A stretch of DNA of 64,000 nt from Octopus sinensis (lineage: Eukaryota): contig NC_043006.1 of NCBI RefSeq assembly GCF_006345805.1, positions 30,132,001 through 30,196,000 of the forward strand, in the 5' to 3' direction. The translations under genes and the position numbers were made by a program. Numbering within the stretch: the stretch's first letter is position 1; each line of letters opens with the position of its first letter. Of the stretch, positions 51,294-64,000 are shown one piece after another. The notes beneath the pieces are model-generated. The model searched no databases, was not told the origin of the DNA, and saw only the letters and a program-made list of their open reading frames with translations.

Positions 51294-53136
51294 ATATATA
51301 TATATATAGAGAGAGAGATAGATATAGATATATTGTAACATAGGAGTTCAAAATTGTTGTAGAAAACTTGTAAGATAGCCCCTTATTAGAAATTCTTCTG
51401 ACAGAAAATCAAATAATGGAAAATTTGCATTTAGATGAAGCATTTGTATAGAATTAGTAATGAGGAGTAATAAAGATAGTTAAAGGGGAGAAAAACATAT
51501 CTAGTAATACAGAAAAGAGTTACAGAGTTAGAACATGCAATATATAAGTGTTCATGCATACATTATTATGGATATATGGATACACATTTATACATATAAA
51601 CACACACACATACATATATATTGATATACACACACATATGCATACACGCACATACATACATATATATACACACACACATTTGCCTTTATGCACAAAATGT
51701 ATATTCCTATATACACACATTTACATACGCTTATACTTATGTATTCACACTGACATGCATACATATACATGCAAATATATTTTTATATGCACACATACTC
51801 ATGCATACATATACATGCGTAGACATATATATGCACATACACATATTCACTTATATTTGAACAAGCACATAGCTATATCTATTTACATGTCTACATACAA
51901 CATACAAATAAACATAGATCCAAGGTTATTACCAGTTGAAATTTGCTTGGGACAGATTTGAACCTGAAAGTAAGCCATTCCCTGTATTGTGTTGTGATGG
52001 GGAATTGTTTTCTTAAGGGTTTAAGTATGCCCCAAGCAGATGTCTGCTGGTAATAACTTTGCATCTATAAACATCACTACTTAGCACTGCCACCCTGTAA
52101 TTCATACAGACACACACACACACTTCATCACTTAGACTGATACAGAGCCTTTAAATATAGATAAAATTACTATGGCACCTTTTAGTTCATGTATTTGTTG
52201 GTAATTTTCATTTTGAATCCGTGGAATAGTAAATCTCTATTGTAGTAGATGGCTTCATTCTCAAATATTTCTTTGCTTGAGAAAAGATCCTCCTCCTCTT
52301 CATACTACTGCTGATGTTTAGATATTGTTCTTAAACATTATACAAGTCAGATGGTCTGTTATTATGTTAATGTATGTTAATATTTTCTAATTAGCTTCCT
52401 GAAAAGTTTACGTAAACTAGTTAAGTGCAATTTAACTTCAAACAAGTCCACAGTAGTATTGTTAGTGGCTATAGTTTTTAGTATTGTAAGTGGTTATGGT
52501 ACTTTAAGGCCAACAATGCTTAAGGCATTAATAATGTCCTTTCTTTCTCAAATATGTGGCCATGAATGCCTTTTGTTGCATTATTCTTGCAGGGACCCTA
52601 ATATTTGCCCTCTTGACTCGTCATGAAATGTGGAAGCAATTATTTATGAAGCAGAGATCACATCTGTAGGAACCAACCTACTAGAAACACATAGATATTA
52701 CAAAGACATGGGAGAAGAAAACTCTAAACATAATTTTATAATCCTGTATCCCTTTTGAAAATAAAAATAAAAAGAACACTACAAAATTGGTTGACTACAT
52801 CTTGAGATTAAAAGAAGCAGCTTTCAACTATATTATTTCACGGAAGAGCCTGGTAAAATCCGGGCCTTTCCAAACCAAATAGGAAGCAAAAAGGTGTGTA
52901 CTGTGTGCAACAGATAATCTTGGAAACAAGACCTTTTTTATGCATTAGATCAGATATATCCAGGAAATGCAGACATTTTGAAGAGTACCTGTTATTTTTC
53001 AAATTATTTATAAAGGATGATTATTATATGGATGCTGAGTAACCAGCAACTGGACTAGCAGTCTATAACCTTTTTGTTACAAGCACTCTATAGTAGAATA
53101 GCTAAGATATTGTACAGTTTTCCTAACTATGATAGA

Positions 53137-54278
53137 CTAGCAGCATAGCCCGGCGTTGCCCGGGTATGTAAGAAACTTTGTCGATAAGCAATGCCCTTTA
53201 CCTTTTTACCCTTTTTTGTACTCATTGAACCGTTATTTTGTAAAATGAAGCCTAAAAGGCATTAAAGCATTCAAGGCACCGTTCCCTTGCATGCATGAAG
53301 AAAATCTATGACAGTCAAAGTGCATTTTCTGGTTTTGTTTAGCACACCCAACCCAGTTCTGTGGGATCAGTGTCACAATGGGAACACATGTGTTGGGAGT
53401 TTGACAGGCAGAGGTGATAAGGTTGCACATGCCAGCCCTTTTGACACCCCCCCTGAACCCAAGTTAGGTTCGGACCACAGCTAAGCCCTACCTAATTCTA
53501 ACTTAAGTCTAGCGAAAGTGGGCTCGGGAGTCTCTAGTTGGTAACGACTAATCCCGATCTAGTCCTTTCTGAAAGTGATATGGTTTTGTCGATTTCTCCC
53601 AATACTTGTTAACTGCATTGACAAAAGGTCGTTAGTTTGACATTTAATGCAAATTTGATGTCCAACATCGGTGTAGGGAAAATCTATGTGAACTTTCAAA
53701 ATTTATCGCAGAAAAATCGGTTTGCTATGTGTGCTACATATGATGTAATTAACCGATTTTTTCCAGTAATAACGTATCCTATTGGAATCAAAAGGGCCAT
53801 ATAGCTCCTTGGAGCAGACATGATGCTCGCTGGGAATTTCAAAAAAAATTCCTGCCAATTTATTAAAGATATTGTTGAAAATATGTCATCTTGAATTTGA
53901 ATGCAATTTCCCAAAATGGCATGATTTTATCGATTTTTTCTGATGGTAAGGTATTGCATGGAAAACTAACGTCAGAATTAAGTTCCTTAGGGTAACATTA
54001 AGCTTTACCATGAGTTTGGTGAAAATCGATTGCAAGTTGCGAAAACTACAACAGAAAATGTGTTGCATATGATAAGCTTAGATTCTCGACCCCATGTCGA
54101 ATTTATAGATTCTTTTCAGAACTGGAGAAACTTCAAAATTTTCGCTGCGTTAGTTTTGAATTATGACATGTGTGTGTCAAGTTTCATCAAAATCGGTTGA
54201 AAGCCGTGGTCAGGGTGAGGGTACAACCTGACAGACACACAGACAGACAAACTGCCTTTTATATATATAGAGAAGAGA
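53137..54278 (-). mobile_element. Non-autonomous Helitron (long copy, same termini as 38022-38440)
   Basis: Identical ctagcagcatagcccggcgttgcccgggtatgtaaga end and near-identical opposite ~200 bp; A|T target. Confidence 0.85.
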
Positions 54279-57200
54279 TACCATTGTAAATAGACATAAC
54301 ATAGTTAAAGTGAGATGTGTGTTTTTAATTTTCAGTGAATTCAGTTTCTCAACTGGAGAAGCTTCCCTGTAACAAATGAACATCTTATTTTCTCAACTTG
54401 CTTCCATTGAGTTAGAAAGGGAGACATTTGTTAATGTCTTCATTACAACACTCCTGATGAATATATTGTGTGGTCATAGATGGAATGGTCTTTGGTCTTA
54501 GGGCTGCTCTTTCAGGTCTGACCTAGGGTTAACAATAGAACCATCACCTTTTTTACTTATTTCATGCTGGAATGGTTTCAAGTACAGCTTCATCATCATC
54601 TTCACCACCACCACCACACCACCACCACCAAGAACATCAACAACACTTTGTTCTGCATTTCTTCATTATCCAACCATTTTGTTATCATCATCATCATCAT
54701 CATTTAACATCCACCTTGTATGCTGGCATGAGTTGCATGGTTTGACAGGAACCTGTACCAGACTTCTGCATCTGTTTTGGCAGGGTTTTTACAGCTGGAT
54801 GCCCTTCCTAACACCAGCCATCCAGCAGAGTGGACTGAATGTTTTTTATATGACACAAGAAAAAAAAAAACAAACTCAGTTCACTCTATTTCAAGTTCAA
54901 CTCCATTCTTTACCCACACCCACCCTGGGTCCTACTCTTCTGATCATTACATACTCACCTAAATATCTACAAAATATTGAAGCTAAAATAACAGAACTTC
55001 TCCTCAATATTGTCCTCTTGGATTTCTTGGTTTCATTTTGGCAACCTGGAAATTTTTCAAGAGGCAAATTGCAGCCCACAATACATTCTTTTAATGGTTT
55101 TAGCCATTGGACTGCATCCATGCTGAAGCACCACCTTAAAATTTGTCTACCATCTTGGTCAGATAATATTTTATGGATTTTCTAACAATTCCTTTTATGA
55201 TCATTCCCAACCAATTCTTCCAGTTTTTTGTCATTTTATTTTCTCTGTTATATATATATATATATAGCTGCTAGTTTCACTAAGTTTAAAATGTAAACAT
55301 TTATTGTATTACCAATATGCACTTCCTAACTTTACTTTAGAACATGTCTTCATGATATTTGAACTCAAATAACATGACACAATACATCAGCTTCTCTTGC
55401 CCATTATTATATCTAATTTAATCTCTTCCCTAAATCTGATGTTTTGGGGTGTGTCTCTTCTTCCGAGAAAGAGGAAAATAATCTTTTAGTTGTTAAGATT
55501 TCTTTCAAAAAAAACCATTCACTCAGATCTCTCTGCCCCCATCTTTCAAACTTATCTAAAATCACACACTTTATTGTATTATTCTAGCTGATGGAAGCCA
55601 TGACCAGTTTGCTTGGAATCATTATGTTCTTTCCCTTTGCTAGATGACAAGATGGTGAGTTGGCAATGCCATTGAACCATTGGATATAATAATACCTCAT
55701 GATACTTCTAATCATCTGCAATCTGAGTTCAAATCTTGCTGGTGTTGACTTTGCCTTTCATGTTTTCAAGGGTCAACAAAATAAGAGGCAATCCCAGAGG
55801 AGTGAATATGTAGAACTGTTGGAACATTGGGTGGGATGTCTTGTATTGATTCTGATTCTTTCTGATGTCAGCATTTGCAGTGAGACTGGCACTGAACTGC
55901 ATCATCCTGGCTTCTCTCTTGAACATCATTGGTGATGTGGAGAGACTTGTATGCAGGCGCAACTGCTGGTCTTCTACAGGAAACCTTCTACTTTGGAGAG
56001 GAACTTTCCCTGTGTTGATTATCCACACCAGGAATGACCAAAGGATGGAGCGAGAGAGGGAGGTTGATCAAATTATGTCTCTAATCGCAAGAATATTATT
56101 CTTGTGTCTCATCAAAGAAATCAGTTTTAGTGAATAAACTTTCAAAAACAGAGAATAAAATGTAATCTTTATTATCATGAAATACAATCATGGCACCATG
56201 CAAAATGTAAAAATTTAAGAAATGATAAAATTTAGAAAAAAAACATCTCAGAAATTATCAAAAAATAGCTGCCAAAAAATGAATAAGTGTGTGTGTGTGT
56301 GTGTGTGTATGTGCGTGCGCAAAACGAAGGATAGGAAATTGAATTCAATTCTTATTTTGGTTCAAGATTTTTTTGGAAAATTTTCTTTGAAAGGAGTGTT
56401 TTCTTTTCCTTGTATTCTTTTGAGCTTTTAAAAAAAATAATTTATTTTAATCAATTTGTAATTTTTAAGAAAACAAAAAGAAAGAAAAGCCTATGTTTAA
56501 ACATGCATTTAATTATGCTTTTGCATAAAAACAGATACCTGTATGGATCGTATAGCTGTATATCTAATATAGTAGCCATATTTTATTAACAAAATCTGAA
56601 GAAGTAAAGTTATGGAAAGAAAAGTTGAAGAAATAGATTTATAATTTATATCACAGAAGTGAGTGAATGACAAATACTAACAACAAAGTTATTCCTCTAT
56701 CCACTCCAAATTCTCTAATGAAACTTCTTACAGTCCCAACAGAAGTATTATGAGTGTATCAGGTCTGAATTTAGATTAGTTTAAAAAGCACCCATTGCCA
56801 CTCTCTAAAGTGGTTGGCATTAGGAAGGGCGTCTAGCTGTAGAAACTATGCCAAATCAGACAATTGGAGCCTGGTGCAGCTCTCCAGCTGGCCAGTTACT
56901 GTCAAACTGTCCAACCCATACCAGCATGGAAAACGCATTAAATAGTGATGATGATGTCAGCTTCGAGTGAATATTTTAGTGACAATCAGCAGATATCACA
57001 GATAAATGAAATCCAGTACGGAGAATTCATATTTATTGATATTTTCTCCCTCCGTAAACAAATGAATACATTACAGAATATATAGATTTACAGGCTATGG
57101 AAGGTAGGGAGGTAAGAGCTAGTAGCAAGGATTAATGTCAACTCACAGAAAACTCTCAGTCATCTTGTAGTTCTAACATTTACAAAATTTTATAGAACGA

Positions 57201-58574
57201 GTAAACTGGCATGAGTTCCTAGTCTCCCCAAATTGCTTCAACTCATCATTGCATGCTAACAAAACACTCATTCATTTTCAGTGTTCCCACTGCTTACAGG
57301 GGTCTATTTTATCTCCCCTAGGGTACAGCATTAGATTTAAGCAAACTCAACAATTGAAAGTTAAAACTTGAAGCCATAGATGCTGCACAGAGTTGGTGAT
57401 GGCTTTCCTTAAACTGTTGTCTTTAACATGGCAATCATCCAACATTTCTTATCAGTTTGACCAGTTTTATTCCGAATGGAAATAGGGCCTCAGAATGAGT
57501 TAATAATCTTTAAAGAGAATTATTTAAATGAAGCATTTGAATGACTTACTGACACTTGTACAGATGTGCTTGTAAAGTATTCAGATAGGGTTACAATGAA
57601 CCATGCAACTAATTTCACAATGACAAAATGAATTAAACATTTGATATAATTTAATTATCTCCCACAAGAAATAATAGCAGCTTCACCTAAATGATTGTCT
57701 CATTTTTCTTAGGAATTATCGTTTCCTATTAAGATTCTGGCAGTGAGTTCTTGCTATAGATTTGTAAATGGTTTCATTTTTAGGTTAGGTTGTAAGTATA
57801 CAAAATCTGTGAATAAACAGAGATAGAGAAAACTGGTGAAATTTGATTAATTCAAATAGATTTAATAGGGATTCTTATATTGAGATGTTATGATACAAAA
57901 TGGAATTATTTGTTCAGAGAATTGTAAATTTCTAACTAATGTCCAGAAATATAACCAAAATAGAGAAAAAGGTGTTATATTGTTCCAGGTACATTAATCT
58001 AACTGCCTGCCCCATTCGGTGTTATATAAATATAATACATTGCTCTTCATAAATATGTGTATACCGATACATGAGCAGAAGTGGTGAATAAAAGCTGATA
58101 TCTAGGACTGCTGAACCTTGAACGATCATAAAGGAATGTGTTGGAGAGGATCTGTTCAATTGATGTAAATAAGAAAAGTGGAAGCAAAAAGGATTTTATA
58201 TATACCCCTGCTTACTGCTATTAGGGTGGAGATGGCTATCCACATGAGTCACAGTGACTGTTCCAGGGCATCCCCTTTGCCATCTTCTGGGGCAACGATT
58301 TTTCCATTCTGTCTGCTGGAACCATGAGGCAGTTCAACTTACAAGAAATCAAGAGTATGTAAGAATTTCATAGCTTAATTCACTTGAAATGCTTATAACA
58401 AGTTAAAAGGCTAAAAATTAACAACTTATGAATGGAAGAGACATAGCCAGCATTCAAAATATTCAAAACAAATGACAAGTAATCGTTCCGGGATCAAAGT
58501 GTTGTTTATTTCTCTTGGGCATAGTTCAAAGCTAATGCATGACATATTGACAAAATGAATGATTCGACGTATTC

Positions 58575-59025
58575 TTTTCTTTTTTTACTTGTTTCAGTCA
58601 TTAGACTATGGCCATGCTGGGGCACTACATTGTAGAATTTTAATTAAATGAATTGGCACCATTGCTTATATATTTAAAAGCTTGATATTCTATCATTCTC
58701 TTTTTCCAACTGCTAAGTTACGAGTGTAAACACACCAATACTGGTTGTCAAGCAGTGATGGGGACAAGTATGTATACAACAGGCTTCTTTCAGTTTCTGT
58801 CTTGCAAATTCACTCATAAGCATTTGGTCATCCCAAGGCTATAGTAGAAGATTTGGTGAGATCAATAGAAATTTTTTGTTTGATCGTAGCAAATGGCTTC
58901 ATACTTTGTATCCTAGCAATGTCTCAATGCTGTATCCTTGTCAAATTTACAAGGTGCCAGGCAGTAGGACTGAACCTGGAACCATGTGGTTGGGAAGTAA
59001 ACTTCTTACCACACAGCCATGCCTC
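58575..59025 (-). mobile_element. SINE family A carrying a 101-bp insertion copied from 59676-59776
   Basis: Consensus gctatagtagaag-acacttgcc-caaggtgcc is interrupted at 58851-58951. Confidence 0.85.
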
Positions 59026-61085
59026 ACCTGAGAATTTGTATGCGTGTGTGTATACACACATTGATAGCAGACTGTATACATGCAGTGGGTTGTATATTGC
59101 TGGCATTAGTTTTGTATTGCTACAGTTTGGATGGATTGTTGTATATGAGAATTCTGTGTATGTGATAGTCTGTGAATAAATTTGGATACATGGGTTTATA
59201 AGTATGGCTCTATTAAAATATTTTATTTTAGTCTAAATGTGTGTATGTATGCAAGATAACACCAATGTTTTTCTATGTAACAGGGCTGCAGGTGGGATTA
59301 CCTGCTGACATTCTCTTTGTATATTTCTACAACATCTAAACATTTAATGTAAACAGTTTCTTACTGAGACAGAAGGCTAATTGTTGACATTGATTGATAT
59401 AATTAATTATATTGGAATTTATATTAATTGATATTAAATATAATTAATTACTTTGAAATTAATATGTTACTGTCACTTATTTTCTTGACACATGGAAGAA
59501 CAAGAGAAAAATGAAAAGAGATGGAGAATTTAATGATGAACCATTTTGTCTGGGACTGGTGTTTTTATCAATCTTTCACTTTTTAAATATGATGTCTGTA
59601 TTGTGGTTATATAACAAGACTTAACTTGGACTCGAGTTGATAGCTTTTCTATTTTTAGTTGGTTCTCTTTTGTAAATTTGGTGGGATCAATAGAAATTTT
59701 TAGTTTGATCGTAGCAAATGGCTTCATACTTTGTATCCTAGCAATGTCTCAATGCTGTACCTTTGTCAAATTTACAGATTTGTTAACCGACCAGTCACTT
59801 ATGTAAGCAGCTAAAGCTACCGCTGTTGTTGTGTAGCCCCAGGTCAGTTGTAGACAGAGCATACTTATGGCCAAAGACATTCTGACCATCTGTCCTCTTT
59901 TTGAGGATTGCATATATAGGACTGTAACATCTGGTGTGTCCCTCTGTTTTTAAGACAATGGGGCATGGCTTGAAAGACATTTAGTTATAATTTCTAGGTC
60001 AAGCAACCACATGGAGGCATTGTCTTTGGTTTAAGTAGGAACCGAACCCTATTTATTAAGTCATTACAACAGTTGAGTCTGAATGGTTTTTCACTTTGAT
60101 CTAATGACATTTAGTCTGATCTACATTAAAGATTATTTGGGCTGCTACTGCCATAGCAGACAAATTTTCTCCTCATACAACTCTCCATCATTTTAAGAGT
60201 CAGAATACAAGATGTATATAATTCAAAATTCTGAGAAAAAATCCAGAGGAAATGACAAGATGTCAAAGACAAAAACATTTCAACAGTTGAAAAAATAAAA
60301 ACAAAAAAATTTAATTCAAGGAAAATGTCATGGTTGGAATGTCTTAATCAAGTAGCATTTAAACCAGCCCAAACATTCTACATGTTTTACTTTCAAATCA
60401 ACCACATCAAGTCTCTCACACTTGCCCTACAATGTCATTCTAAAAATAGACACATCATCAAAATTTCGAAGCACTGAGATAGTACTTAATCCAAAACAAT
60501 ATGAATGAATATGCATTACATACAACAGAATAGCCTGAATACTAAAGGCTTAATCACAGATCAACTTAACCAGGACCAACCTGGGGTTAAAAAAATAGAA
60601 CAACTAAAAATCTATCATAGATAAAAAAAAAAAAATTATAGCAATTAGCAGTATTTTGTATATTTTAGTGACATTATGTGGTGGTGATGGTGGTGGGTGA
60701 GACATAGTATTTTGCAAGTGGTTTCATCACTTCCACTCTATATTGGCAGCTCTGAACTGAAAATCTGTTGCAACAATTGTTTAGAGAAATAGGAAATACT
60801 AGCTTTAAAAGAGGCTAACCCTAAGGCCTTGGTTGTAAATTGTTCGTCTCCGGGGCTAATCCCCACCCAGTTTCAGTGATCAGATCCGGAATATATAATG
60901 ATGTAATGCTAAAATAAATGTCATGATTAACACATACACACAACTAGTCACCATCAGTACTGAAACTAGGTGCCATGAACATAATTAAGAGGTGAACTTG
61001 AACATATATATTTATAACTATATAAATATACCATAATGATATTATTTATAATATAAAATAAATGTCATGTTTAAAGAACAGTGTA

Positions 61086-61496
61086 CAGGTTATCGTTGAC
61101 TTACAAGCATGATTGGTTCCAACTGACTGGTCGTAAGTTGACCTACATAGTTTTGTTTTATACTTTCACATTCTTATGGTACATTCTCAGGTAAAAGTCA
61201 CACACAGCATTCTGTATTATACTATTATACTGGTGTTGGTCAAAAGTTTCAGAGTCTCATAAACAAATACAAGGTTGCCTCAATGTCTCCACAACAGGAT
61301 AGTCATCCAACACAGTGGTAATTGATAACCAAACTTAGGGGAAGCTGACATCATCCATACACAGGTTAATTTCTAAGAAATTAAACCCATTGGATTTCAA
61401 CTGGACTATTTATTATTGCTACTGGAAGCTGGTGCACAAATCATTGTAAAGTTGATCGGTTGTAAGTTGCATAGGCTGTAAGTCAACAGCAACCTG
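61086..61496. mobile_element. Tigger/pogo-like MITE
   Basis: TA|CAGGTTATCGTTGACTTACA ... TGTAAGTCAACAGCAACCTG|TA. Confidence 0.8.
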
Positions 61497-62779
61497 TACA
61501 AAGTTCATAAAAAGAAGCAGAAAATCTTAAATCAATCAAAATAGTGTGGAAACCTTTTTATAGCTATATAAACCAGCAGTTATCCAAACTCCTTCATTTT
61601 ATGCAATCATGATTTGTTTAGACTTCCAATACAGTGCAAAGGAAAAGAAAAAATTAAATTATGTATTTTATTAATGTTATATAAATGTTATTAGATTAGA
61701 TTTGAGAATATTATTGACTTTCTTTTTTAATTGTTCATAATTTAAAGCCTTTGTTTTAATGAGTCATGATTTTATGATCCACCAAAATTGAATTTGTTAA
61801 ATAAGTTTCAATGCATTATTGGTTTATAGTACACAATTAATTTCTGATTTTGTGGTAGATCAACAAAGAAAAAGTTGCAAAGATGAGTTTGGCTCTTTAC
61901 CTGTTGCAATATTCTTTTTGCTTTTGAAAATTACAATCAACAAACAAATAGCAAAATACAAATGAATTTTCATGGCAAAAAGATAGAAAAGAAACATCAC
62001 TGAGAGAATCAAATGAATATAGAAAATATTAACGTTATCAGATGAAAGAGTTTTGTGGGAGAACAGGGGAAAAATTTGATAACAAAAATATAATTTTAAA
62101 ATTCCAAGATATATAAAGATGGGCATGAGTTTTCTTTTTTGGTTTATTTATACACACACACAGACACGCTTATATATGTGCGGACACACACACATATAAT
62201 TAGAAGTTAAGTATTCAAAATTTGATATATTTTATAGCTATAAGATGTTTGATTAATCAAACATTTAGAAATATATCTTAAAAAAACTTCAGTCAATAAG
62301 TTACCCCAATTTTTTAACAATCTAGTATCCTTTTTCAAAGACAAAAATTGTGCAAAAGATTTTTAAGAAAAATTTGATAAAAATTTCATCATTATTAATA
62401 TTAAAAAAATGTAGCAATTTATATTGTTTTTGAGTAGCTTTGGTTAAATGTCGTTAATGAAACCTGTAGCTTTGAGATAACCAAGCTAAGAATTGTTCAT
62501 TTAGATATTTTATTTGGGCTTATTGTGAATTGAGTGTAAATTTTTCACTATTAATATGGAAGCTTGAAGTAAATTCTCACTTAAAGATGGTTGTCTGTTT
62601 GTTCAGTGAGATTTTGGTGCTTCATTGCACTAGAAAACAGACAACACAAAGTCCACTGTGTCTTTAATATTTATTTCATAACATAAAACCTGAGATTTGA
62701 AAGGAACAAGGAATGTAACAATAACCAAAATACAACTTTTTAATGATGACATTGCTTTAATCTTTTGGAAACAGAAATA

Positions 62780-62985
62780 TTGGTTTCAAAATTTGGCAGA
62801 AGGCCAGAATATCTGGGAGAGAAGTCAAGTCGATTACACTGACCCTAGTGTTTAACTAGTACTTATTCTATCAACCCTGAAAAGGATGAAAGGCAAAGTC
62901 AACCATAGCAAAATTTGAACTTAGAATATAAAGACAAACAAACTGCTGTTAAGCATTTTGCTTGGGCTGCTAACAATTCTGCCTG
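62780..62985 (-). mobile_element. SINE family B, decayed
   Basis: aggatgaaaggcaaagtcaac...aatttgaact core. Confidence 0.7.
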
Positions 62986-63139
62986 ATTTATATTCAAAAA
63001 CAGATTTAGAGAAGAAGGGAAAACTGGTAACAGTTCTTTGGTTTGCAATAATGGAAATGTGTCATTGGAAGTCATTCCAACTAAGAATCAAAATCAAATT
63101 GTAAACTTGATTTGCTAGGAACTACCAGCTGGAATTGAA

Positions 63140-63326
63140 CCCTTTTGTTACTGCATTTATTTTGAGATGCTGTGTGTTTCTTTCAATTTAATAAAATGAC
63201 TTAGTTATCATTAAGCTGTGTTAGGAGCATAAATTGTGACTAAGGTTTAGTGGAAGATTTTAATTCAAAACTTATGAAAACAAGACATTTTTACTCAGAG
63301 CCAGAGCCGGTTTGGTAATGAAAGGG
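63140..63326. mobile_element. piggyBac-type MITE, second copy
   Basis: Colinear with 2905-3114; ends AAAGGG|TTAA. Confidence 0.7.
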
Positions 63327-64000
63327 TTAAGCTAAGATCAACCATGACTGAAGAGACATAGGATCAAAAACAATCCATGAATGACTTTACCATCTAATTA
63401 AGATGACTGGATATGATTTTGAGGGAAATTTGGATGCTACTTTTAGCAAGTTTGGAGGTGAGGCACCATATAATAGCCATCTTATTGGCAAAGAAAGTGA
63501 TGGCAATATTTGTTAGAGGGATGAGAGAATCTTTTAGAGCCTCAGTATTTTTATTTTTGTATTATTTAATGAGACAGAATTATAGCAAGAATTCTCTGGA
63601 AATAAATACTTTAAAATAGAAACATTTAAAAAAAATAAATTGAAAAACAGAAGATGCAGCTTGGGTGATGTTCATGTTTAATGTTTAAATTTGACTTCTT
63701 CCCTGTTAATGGTTTCAGGTGGGGGGGGGGGGGGGTGTAATACGGACACTGAAAGTTCTTTAATTTCTATGCTGAAGATCATCATTCCATATATTCCAGT
63801 TCTATGATCGGTTAAATTGCTTTGCTGACTGCAAATAGGAAATTATTAAATGATTGTTTTAGAAGAATTAATTCAAAGCCGAGTTTGTTTTAATTATGAA
63901 ATGAAATATTAAAATTCAATGTTCCTAAATGTGTTAAAGCTTTCTCTCTTTGAACTAGTCTTCATAATCTATCTCTACAATGCAGCTTTGTGAATTCCTT

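Noticed and set aside
48100-64000. A second host gene upstream of the patatin locus
   Set aside because: I found no chain of phase-compatible exons or protein motifs other than transposon remnants; small exons could have been missed.

Overview
Animal genomic DNA: AT-rich, large introns, dense SINEs/LINEs and (TA)n/(CA)n microsatellites. The SINE families look like those of an octopod cephalopod (inferred, not verified). I found one host gene, on the minus strand, by manual splicing: 12 coding exons between 36401 and 2197 join in frame into a 1626-nt ORF (541 aa). It encodes a patatin-like phospholipase with GGGNKG, GASAG and DGG motifs, resembling the bacterial ExoU/VipD/YqhO type. It has an MGNxxxCC N-terminus and an EF-hand-containing module inserted inside the patatin C-terminal half. 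One intron appears to use a GC donor. A CpG-retaining region at ~44.1-47.9 kb holds candidate 5' UTR exons and a promoter. The rest is transposon-derived: a decayed Ty3/Gypsy with its 3' LTR, a CpG-rich solo LTR carrying mirror-symmetric NRF1/ETS motifs, a three-level CRE>hAT>RTE nest with intact TSDs, L1/Tx1, RTE, CR1-like and Penelope relics (with hammerhead-like remnants), non-autonomous Helitrons, piggyBac/Tigger MITEs, three tRNA-SINE families, a 53-bp minisatellite and a 101-bp templated insertion. Most ORFs in the supplied track are spurious. There is no prokaryotic system or CRISPR array.
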